DNA of 64,000 nucleotides, from IMG/VR virus record IMGVR_UViG_3300022602_000058, positions 26,085-90,084 of that record; one strand, written 5' to 3'. How positions within the stretch are numbered: position 1 is the first letter of the stretch; every line of letters starts with the position of its first letter. The notes under the pieces were generated by a model. That model ran no database searches. It was not told the DNA's origin and worked only from the letters and a program-made list of their open reading frames with translations. The translations under genes were made by a program, and so were the position numbers. The stretch comes from a virus. Shown piece by piece: positions 56,535 through 64,000 of the stretch.

Positions 56535-57563
56535 CTAGGCGTGTAGTGTTACGTTAACATAACGGTCACCTGACGTGTAAGGCGCACCAGGATCAGCTGG
56601 TTCAACCTCAATGAGCGGCTGACCTGCTGTAACTACAGGATTTACTGTCGTATGGTTGTCGTAATTATTTAAAATATTAAGTGTATCGTATGAGTAGAAG
56701 ATACCACCTGGATTAACGTATGTAAGCGTAGCATTAGCTGATAATGATGGGCTGTTTATATCATATGTATAGGTATCTTGTGAAGCGTATGTAGTAAACG
56801 CACCGTTTATATTAAAATTTCTAATTTTAAAGATTGTATCTGCTACCTCACCGGTTGAAAACCCTATACCACATCTAACTGTTGGTGTATAATTAACAGG
56901 TGTACTGCTCAACGGAACACCATTTATAGTTACAGCTGTACTTGATAATAACGAGTTATTATAATTTGTAAAGCTATAGTCTAGATAATTTGTAAAAATT
57001 AGATCATTAGGTGATTTAATATCTACAATAACTCGTTGCCCGAAATCTGTTAATCTTACACGAATACGCTTAAAATCTGGTGTTTGACCGGCCGTTATTT
57101 GTTGATATAGACTAACATTTTTAGGATAAGCACGGTTATTTAAATTTAAAGTGTTAGTAATAAAGTCAAAATCATTATCTGAGTTAGAACGTAAGGCAAT
57201 GGAATTTGGTGTAATACTATCTAGGCCCGATTTAAAAAAAGTATTGTTACCGAAATTACCTGATATATCAAACCCTACACCCAGTCTACCGCCTTGTAAT
57301 CCCTTGCTGTTATTGCTATCGTATATAGGTATACCTGTTGCATCAACATTATAAACTGAACTATATGCTAACCCTGGACCGGGCCCGCCACCCTGGGCGT
57401 TAGGTGCAGAGGTATCATAGAAGAAAACACAAAAACCTTCACTACCGTTCATACTAGGTCCATAACATGCGTAATCAAAAGATACAACTATATCTTTAGT
57501 TATATCCAAATACCGTTGAAACGTAACTGAACCAGCGACTGTATTTGGTGGTAAAATATACAT
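56535..57563 (-). CDS. L-type (legume-like) lectin domain virion protein
   Basis: GSEGFCVFFYD..GGGPGPGLAY..GGRLGVGFDISGNF..CGIGFSTG. Confidence 0.72.
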   Translation of the reverse strand: MYILPPNTVAGSVTFQRYLDITKDIVVSFDYACYGPSMNGSEGFCVFFYDTSAPNAQGGGPGPGLAYSSVYNVDATGIPIYDSNNSKGLQGGRLGVGFDISGNFGNNTFFKSGLDSITPNSIALRSNSDNDFDFITNTLNLNNRAYPKNVSLYQQITAGQTPDFKRIRVRLTDFGQRVIVDIKSPNDLIFTNYLDYSFTNYNNSLLSSTAVTINGVPLSSTPVNYTPTVRCGIGFSTGEVADTIFKIRNFNINGAFTTYASQDTYTYDINSPSLSANATLTYVNPGGIFYSYDTLNILNNYDNHTTVNPVVTAGQPLIEVEPADPGAPYTSGDRYVNVTLHA

Positions 57564-57577
57564 AGATTTAAACTATG

Positions 57578-58306
57578 TTAACTTGTATAAATGGGAATAT
57601 ATCCAAGTAAAACTCCTGACGAATTATAGATCGGAAATTTATTAGTAATAGTACCGTTTGTTGGTGTACCGACAACATTACCGATCCAAAGAGCACTTGT
57701 CGATGTCACACCTGTCGAGCTAATGTTATTAACATATGTGTAATTAGTTCGACTTGCACTTAACCCGGTACCAAGAATAAAAGTATTTGCATTACCGTTG
57801 TCTGTATTATTATAGCCGTTAGCAATGAAGGAATATCTACCCGACGCTGTATTTGTCTTACCGTTAAGTATACTAGAATAATATCCTGAGGCAGTATTAT
57901 TACTACCTATACCAATAAAATTTGTTCCGCTTAGTGCTGTATTATTCTGACCGCCTATAATAGTGGAAAATGATGTATTTGTTACATTACACTGACCGCC
58001 GATAATATTTGTAAATGGACCATTTGCGGTATTACAGAAACCGTTACCTATAAAAGAATTAGAACCTGAAACTGTAACTGTATTACAGCATCCACCAGAA
58101 ATATTTGAATATGCACCAATAGCGTTATTACTATTAATTACCGGTTGAACTGTACTAATACCCGAGCCAGCTTTGTATACATTAGTACTGTTAATAATGG
58201 CATATACATCTTGCCCGCCAGATAGAAATTTACCTGCTGTACTTATATCAGATTTTGCACTAAATGTACCGGTAGTAGTTGTATTATCAAGAAAATTAAG
58301 TGACAT
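57578..58306 (-). CDS. Short fibre/adhesin with GGxxN beta-roll repeats
   Basis: Repeats SGGCCNT, GGQCNV, GGQNNT, GKTNTASG; paralogous to the 53915 and 59577 fibres. Confidence 0.7.
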   Translation of the reverse strand: MSLNFLDNTTTTGTFSAKSDISTAGKFLSGGQDVYAIINSTNVYKAGSGISTVQPVINSNNAIGAYSNISGGCCNTVTVSGSNSFIGNGFCNTANGPFTNIIGGQCNVTNTSFSTIIGGQNNTALSGTNFIGIGSNNTASGYYSSILNGKTNTASGRYSFIANGYNNTDNGNANTFILGTGLSASRTNYTYVNNISSTGVTSTSALWIGNVVGTPTNGTITNKFPIYNSSGVLLGYIPIYTS

Positions 58307-58361
58307 ATAATATAATAGTATTTATCAACCAGTCCTTTATATTAATAGAGGTATTCATAAA

Positions 58362-59561
58362 CTATTGAGTAGGCCCGACAGGTGCATTACCAGTTATACT
58401 ACCATTTATAAAATTTTTACCTATAATAGAATATCCCGGGTTTTGCTTACTACTATCACTACCTGGCCCGCCAGCTAGAACACCATTATTTATTATAGTT
58501 GTCAAGCTTGTGAGTGTGAGAGCAGGTCCTCCTGGTAGATCTGGTGTATACGATATTGAAGCGCCACCATCGTCACCACCCTTACCGAATCCACTATTCC
58601 AATTATTATCATTTACACCACCGCCGTCACCGCCCTTACCACCGCCACTACCTGAGCTACCGCCACTACCATTTACACCACCACCACCCCCCCCACCGGG
58701 TGTAGCAATATTGGTACCGTTAACACTTATGTAACCACCGCTACCTGATGTACCACCCTTTGCTGCAACACCTCGCTTACCACCAGATCCAGCGTCTCCG
58801 CCACCACCACCTGCACCACCACCAAACTTCACAATATCACCAGCCTTTACTGCAACAGTACCACTTGCACTGCTTCCTCTACCACCACTACCACCTGCCT
58901 TTTGACCAGCGTCACCAGGGCCTCCACCTGCTCCACCACCTCCACCACCGGCGACAAAATAACTAATTGATGTTTGACCTTCATTTACTGTAATTGTACC
59001 GCTTCCACTATAACTCTTAACCGGTGTCTTATTGGTAGCCCCAATTATTGTACCATTATTAACAAGTTGTAATGTTGTATACTGATTGAACGATGATAAT
59101 CCATTTGAACTCGTTCCCATGATAATTGCTGGTGAGCTTACAGATGTTGAGCCGACAACACTGTTATTTGTTAGAATAATGACAAATGGTATGTTTGGCT
59201 CAGTTAAGCTATGACCATAGTTTTGTCGAGCGTAGGTACTGGCATTATCAAAAACGTTATAGTTGTTAACAGGTGTAGTTATTGCAAGTAAAATAGGAAA
59301 TGCAAAACGTTTACCATGAAAAGGATCAAAATTGATTCTTTTAGTTATTGAAATAGGAAGTGATGGATTAGATGGTGTTACAGTTTGCTGTAATGCCAGC
59401 GATGAACCACCAGGTGTATATGTTTTAAATAAATCACCATAATATGTATCTACTGCAACACGCGAACCATCAGAGTATGACTGATACAAATACAAAGCGT
59501 CAGCTATAGCCTGTAGTGATAATGGACCACTAGAAGGTAGTGAATTAATATTATTAGGCAT
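58362..59561 (-). CDS. Glycine-rich receptor-binding adhesin (gp38-like)
   Basis: LPSSGPLSL N-terminus; LTNNSVVGS, LVNNGTIIG; extensive polyglycine tracts. Confidence 0.7.
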   Translation of the reverse strand: MPNNINSLPSSGPLSLQAIADALYLYQSYSDGSRVAVDTYYGDLFKTYTPGGSSLALQQTVTPSNPSLPISITKRINFDPFHGKRFAFPILLAITTPVNNYNVFDNASTYARQNYGHSLTEPNIPFVIILTNNSVVGSTSVSSPAIIMGTSSNGLSSFNQYTTLQLVNNGTIIGATNKTPVKSYSGSGTITVNEGQTSISYFVAGGGGGGAGGGPGDAGQKAGGSGGRGSSASGTVAVKAGDIVKFGGGAGGGGGDAGSGGKRGVAAKGGTSGSGGYISVNGTNIATPGGGGGGGVNGSGGSSGSGGGKGGDGGGVNDNNWNSGFGKGGDDGGASISYTPDLPGGPALTLTSLTTIINNGVLAGGPGSDSSKQNPGYSIIGKNFINGSITGNAPVGPTQ

Positions 59562-59576
59562 AGTCCTAATTATTTA

Positions 59577-62003
59577 TTAAAAGCCTACAATTGATATATT
59601 ATATGCTGTTAATACCGGTACAAACGAGAAGTTTACTTGAATGCTTGATAAATTAGGCACAATAATCGTTGGATAAACAATTTGATTTGTACTGTTGTCA
59701 ATAACCGTTGTAAAGACGTTTTTAGTGCTTAAGTTATGATTAACAGTAAAGCTTGAAACAGTACCATTACCGAGTGTAGAAGAATATCTATTACCAGGTA
59801 ATATTGCAAAATTTGGTGAACTTAAAGTACCATATACTGTCTGATTCCCGTTAATAATGCTATTGTTTGCAACACTTGTTCCGTTTACAATTGAGCAACG
59901 TGAAACTGAACAATAAGCACTTAGTGCACCGTTTGCAAAGATTGTATTACTAGCACTAAGATTTGACACACAGAGATTAGTTGAACAAATATTACCGCTG
60001 GCAATAATATTATTCACATATGTATAACCTGAATAGGTAGCAGTTATATTTGTACCTAAAATAAAAGCACCACTCACACCAGGCGTTATAGTATTATTAC
60101 ATCCACCGGCGATGTAATTGTAATAACTTGTATTACTATTAATTGTGTTACAAACACCACCGATAATACTACTATAGGTACCGGAATTTGTATTCTTATA
60201 ACCACCAACAACAATTGAAGCTGATCCTGTAACTGAATTTGTACAACCACCACCGATAAAACCATAGGCACAAACAGTATTATTATTACCACCTAGTACA
60301 CTACCATAAACAGAATAGGTCGTATTATTTGAACCACCACCTATTATCGAGCCACTACCATTTGCAGTATTTCTATAACCACCAACAATACTACTATAAA
60401 CACTGCTTGTTGTATTGTTAAAACCACCACCTACCGTACTACCGTTATTTGTTGTTAAGTTGTTACAACCGCCAGTAATAACGGAATAATTACCTGACGC
60501 TGTATTATTACCATTGGTAGGGCGTATAGTACCAGTACCTGCACCCGGACTATAGAGAGTATTTTGATAATACAGATTTCCTGAAGCTGAAATATCACCA
60601 ACTACTGTCAAGCTTGATGATGGGTTCATACTTCCAATACCGACATTGCCGTTGGAAGTAATACGAACACGCTCATTACTTGCAAGAGTCCCACCGGTAT
60701 GGAAGAGAATATTTGCATTAGCTGCTGTACCAATAGCGAGGTTTTTACTCTGTGTGTAAAGATATGCATCGCCTGCACCAGTTATACCATAACCAGGTGC
60801 AGCGTAGGTACTACTATTAATACCAGCGTTGAGATAGTTTTGTGTATCAGTACCATTATCAGCTGTAATAACTATATCCGAGGAAGCATATATACCGCTA
60901 TTGGTGTTTTGTACATTTACCTGTGCGTAGCAATTGGTATTAGCAAAAAACTGACCAATAGTATTAGGCAATGTTGTACCTGATACACCGACACTTAAGA
61001 AGGTTGGAAAGGCATTCGCTGAATATACGTACCCTTGCGACGATAGGTTATTTACGAATGCATAATTTGATAGATTTGATGTAATACTTGATCCTAATGC
61101 AAAGGAATTACTACCAGATAGACTGTTGTTTGTACCACCAAGAATAGAAGAATAATTTCCTAAAACATTATTATTTGTACCGTTTAATATGCTTGAATAA
61201 CAACCTGAGGATGTATTAACACTACCACCTACAACTAAAGCGCTGTAGTTCGACGCTGTATTAAAGAGGCCAGCTAATACAGCTGAATAACCGCTTAAAG
61301 CGCGGTTACCAACATTTGATGCAATAGAGGATATATTTGAATTGAATGTATATGGCTGGGATGAAATCTTACTAAAAACTGTTTGGTTATATGAATAAGT
61401 TGAAGTTGCACTATTAGCTGTAACAAAACTATATACAGCGTTTATTTCATTCCAACTCGCACTATTAGCGCATACCGCTGTATATGATGTGTTCCAGTTA
61501 GCACTATTTGCTACTAGAGTTGTAAGTGATAATTTGCCACCGTACCATAAACCGCTATTACCTGATACTGTTGTATAGGTGGAATTCCAATTTTTACTAT
61601 CAATACCAGAAAGTGAACCAACTACTGAAACACCGTTAAAGAATGTTGTATTACCGGAGAGTGTATTTTCAATTACGGCAGGAGCCGGTGTATTTAAATT
61701 ACCTACTAAAGTTACCGGTATTGCATATTGAATGCCGGATAGCTGGACAATAAGAGAGCTTGTAGGGTTAAATCCAATAGTTGCTGAGAGTACAGGAACT
61801 GGTATACTAATATTTGAAAGTGTATTAAATGCTGTATTGAGGGCACCAGTTGCGTTAATATTACCTACAACATTAAAATCACCAATAAACGGTTCAGCAG
61901 CTGAAGCGATCGGATCAGTAGCTGAATCAGGGTAACCAGCGGTAGGCAGGGTATGGTGATTCTTTCTATGAAGCTTATTATGGAACCGGGCGTTGTCAGA
62001 CAT
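59577..62003 (-). CDS. Long tail fibre with beta-roll repeats
   Basis: Two blocks of GGxxN repeats; ANS..WN heptads; ERVRITSNGNVGIG; C-terminal VNHNLSTK domain. Confidence 0.8.
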   Translation of the reverse strand: MSDNARFHNKLHRKNHHTLPTAGYPDSATDPIASAAEPFIGDFNVVGNINATGALNTAFNTLSNISIPVPVLSATIGFNPTSSLIVQLSGIQYAIPVTLVGNLNTPAPAVIENTLSGNTTFFNGVSVVGSLSGIDSKNWNSTYTTVSGNSGLWYGGKLSLTTLVANSANWNTSYTAVCANSASWNEINAVYSFVTANSATSTYSYNQTVFSKISSQPYTFNSNISSIASNVGNRALSGYSAVLAGLFNTASNYSALVVGGSVNTSSGCYSSILNGTNNNVLGNYSSILGGTNNSLSGSNSFALGSSITSNLSNYAFVNNLSSQGYVYSANAFPTFLSVGVSGTTLPNTIGQFFANTNCYAQVNVQNTNSGIYASSDIVITADNGTDTQNYLNAGINSSTYAAPGYGITGAGDAYLYTQSKNLAIGTAANANILFHTGGTLASNERVRITSNGNVGIGSMNPSSSLTVVGDISASGNLYYQNTLYSPGAGTGTIRPTNGNNTASGNYSVITGGCNNLTTNNGSTVGGGFNNTTSSVYSSIVGGYRNTANGSGSIIGGGSNNTTYSVYGSVLGGNNNTVCAYGFIGGGCTNSVTGSASIVVGGYKNTNSGTYSSIIGGVCNTINSNTSYYNYIAGGCNNTITPGVSGAFILGTNITATYSGYTYVNNIIASGNICSTNLCVSNLSASNTIFANGALSAYCSVSRCSIVNGTSVANNSIINGNQTVYGTLSSPNFAILPGNRYSSTLGNGTVSSFTVNHNLSTKNVFTTVIDNSTNQIVYPTIIVPNLSSIQVNFSFVPVLTAYNISIVGF

Positions 62004-62201
62004 GATGTTTAAGATTATTTATTGATAAATCCTTAAAATAGTAAGGGCTAGAATACTTAATAATGAAAGATTAAATATATACGTGTCTATGAGACACAAA
62101 TATGAGATTGATTTTATCAGCTCTCTGTTATATGTTCCCTACGTATATAGAGAATCTTAGAGAAGACGTACGTTATATTTTGAGAAAGAATAAATATTAA
62201 C

Positions 62202-63329
62202 GTGGAGTTTTTAAAGAAAATATTTCAGCGAGAAGCTGTTACAGAAAATACTGTTATACCACAGTATCATACTATTTTTGGTTTTACGACTAATAATAAT
62301 ATAGCTGCTACAGCTATTGATATTGTATATTGGTTTATTATTTTTGTAGCGTATTGTTTTGCCTTTCACGCACTTAATGTAATTCTTATTAGCTGGAACT
62401 GGATATTGATCGCATTGGCAAGCTTTGCTGTAGTTGGTTTACCGTATTGTGTTAAGATTATTTTATTCGGTAGAAAACAATTTCCTTTTAAGGCAGCTAT
62501 ATTGAGCTTATTTTTAAGTCTTTTACCAACGATCTTTGATTTTGCAGGTTTGTATTCTGAAACCGGTGTACAGGATAGTTTAAAAGATAGCAAAGTTCAA
62601 ATTACAGATACACTATCTTATTTTGAAGCAGAAAGCAAAAAAGCCGTACAACAACAACAGCTTGAAATTAATAATGAAGGTAGAGATAAGAAAGCAGAAG
62701 TAGAAAAAGCTGTTTTGACCAAAACAACAACACTCAAACAACAGGTAGAGGACGCCAATCAAGAGGTAATTGACGAGCGTCAAGGGGTAAAGGGAAAGGC
62801 CGGTGACGGTCCAAGGACTAAAGAGCTTCAATCTCAGGTTCGTAAACTTCAAGCACAATCCGATATTGAGTTGCAGTCGTCAAAAGCTGAGCTTAAAAAG
62901 CAAGACGATACAATCGATCAAGAGGTGGCAGAAAAACTTCAAGCTCTTGAAAAATCAAACAAACTATTAGGTGATAAAATTATCACGTGTAAGAAAGCTA
63001 TTAATGAAACAACGAACTTTAAAGAATTAGAAATTTCTGTTATTGAGGCTAATAGCCTCATTTCATCAATTGCATCAACATTAAACACGAAATTTGTACC
63101 AATAAAAATTTTAGGAACGGATAATATTATTAAAGTATCATTTACAGCTCTAACTAATGCCGATATTACAGCTCTAGTATGCTTTCTTTTAGCTTTTCTT
63201 ATGGAGATAGGTGATATTATTATTGTCTACACTATGCGTTATGAGAAGAAAGTTTCCATACCTCTTATCAAGAAAGAAGATGAGTTTGTACACCGTGTTA
63301 AGTACACGAAGACATACGAAGGGTATTAA
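62202..63329 (+). CDS. Membrane-anchored coiled-coil protein (DUF4407-like)
   Basis: Three N-terminal TM helices, a long coiled coil containing GKAGDGPR, and one C-terminal TM helix. Confidence 0.65.
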   Translation: MEFLKKIFQREAVTENTVIPQYHTIFGFTTNNNIAATAIDIVYWFIIFVAYCFAFHALNVILISWNWILIALASFAVVGLPYCVKIILFGRKQFPFKAAILSLFLSLLPTIFDFAGLYSETGVQDSLKDSKVQITDTLSYFEAESKKAVQQQQLEINNEGRDKKAEVEKAVLTKTTTLKQQVEDANQEVIDERQGVKGKAGDGPRTKELQSQVRKLQAQSDIELQSSKAELKKQDDTIDQEVAEKLQALEKSNKLLGDKIITCKKAINETTNFKELEISVIEANSLISSIASTLNTKFVPIKILGTDNIIKVSFTALTNADITALVCFLLAFLMEIGDIIIVYTMRYEKKVSIPLIKKEDEFVHRVKYTKTYEGY

Positions 63330-63913
63330 GCTGCTTTATACTTCTTAGAGAAGTGCTTAGCTGTAGATAGACAATGTTTAGCGTATTGACAGTGATCACA
63401 ACACCGGTCAGAATTAAGATAGAGTTGAGGTGCTATGCACGAACCATTTTTAGTATTATCAATAATATAAGCTTCTTTTGACGGGTATACTTTTGGTTCC
63501 TTTGGTATCCATTTAACAGAAATTTGCTGTACCTCTTCAATAGTAAGCTTCTTATTGCGGGGTTTTTTGAGCAATTTCTGACGTGCAAGTACTTGATGGT
63601 CAATAGAGAATGGTTTCAGTCCAGGTGGTCGAAGCTGTTTCTGTACTTCCTCTGGTGATATACGCTGACGTAGAAGACGCTTAGCATCATTTCCTACATA
63701 GTTTTCAATAAATGTAGGTAGATCACCGAATTTCTTAATACCCTTTGCAACACCTGCTTTTGATACACGTCGCTCTAAGCCTGATACAATACAGGCCATA
63801 ATCCTGCTCTTAGGCTTATTATCATCTACGATAGTAGCCTTTACTTTTGCTGGCTTCACCTTTGCAGGCTTTACCTTTTGCTTTGGAAGTTTTTTGACCT
63901 TAGCTCGTTTCAT
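63326..63913 (-). CDS. Basic hypothetical protein with C-terminal Cys cluster
   Basis: KVKPA repeats; CIAP..CCDHC..HC; start taken at MKRAKV after TTGAAA-N17-TAATAT. Confidence 0.65.
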   Translation of the reverse strand: MKRAKVKKLPKQKVKPAKVKPAKVKATIVDDNKPKSRIMACIVSGLERRVSKAGVAKGIKKFGDLPTFIENYVGNDAKRLLRQRISPEEVQKQLRPPGLKPFSIDHQVLARQKLLKKPRNKKLTIEEVQQISVKWIPKEPKVYPSKEAYIIDNTKNGSCIAPQLYLNSDRCCDHCQYAKHCLSTAKHFSKKYKAA

Positions 63914-64000
63914 TGGATGTATATTATGTAGGCAAAAGACAAATTTCAAGCTTGATTTTTAAAAATTTTAATTTTATTATTCGAACATGCCTTACATTAA

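Noticed and set aside
42879-62003. Diversity-generating retroelement acting on the fibres (Mtd-like N-terminus present)
   Set aside because: No reverse transcriptase in the window and no TR/VR pair differing only at adenines was seen
1-64000. Stop-codon reassignment, tRNA genes, introns or inteins
   Set aside because: Long genes are intact in the standard code and all three stops are used; no cloverleaf was seen in the short intergenic gaps; the endonucleases are free-standing and no split host gene is evident. Checked by eye only

Overview
AT-rich 64 kb fragment of a large T4-like myophage genome in the standard genetic code. 1-29144 (+) is a morphogenesis block: terminase large subunit C-terminus, tail completion, sheath, tube, baseplate hub and wedge, tape-measure-like and large PKD/propeller virion proteins. 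It is interrupted by a small island (probable small terminase, dUTPase, clamp loader). 29141-42500 (mostly -) is an accessory region: ferritin-like protein, PD-(D/E)XK nuclease, lysis cassette (endolysin, holin, probable u-spanin), APS kinase CysC, two metallophosphoesterases, and GIY-YIG, HNH and LAGLIDADG endonucleases. 42523-62003 (-) is a large tail-fibre/adhesin/lectin cluster. Many genes have a TAAATA/TAAGTA late-promoter-like hexamer only 5-10 nt before the start codon, suggesting near-leaderless mRNAs. The standout observation: the unrelated HNH (38390) and LAGLIDADG (41540) genes share one upstream cassette. It is a 14-bp quasi-palindrome holding two overlapping divergent late promoters, one facing the nuclease and one facing a predicted ~80-85 nt structured RNA. 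That RNA has a 12-bp closing stem, an inner hairpin and a U-tail, and its loop is complementary to the first ~17-20 nt of its own nuclease mRNA. All functional calls come from motif recognition by eye; no database searches were run.
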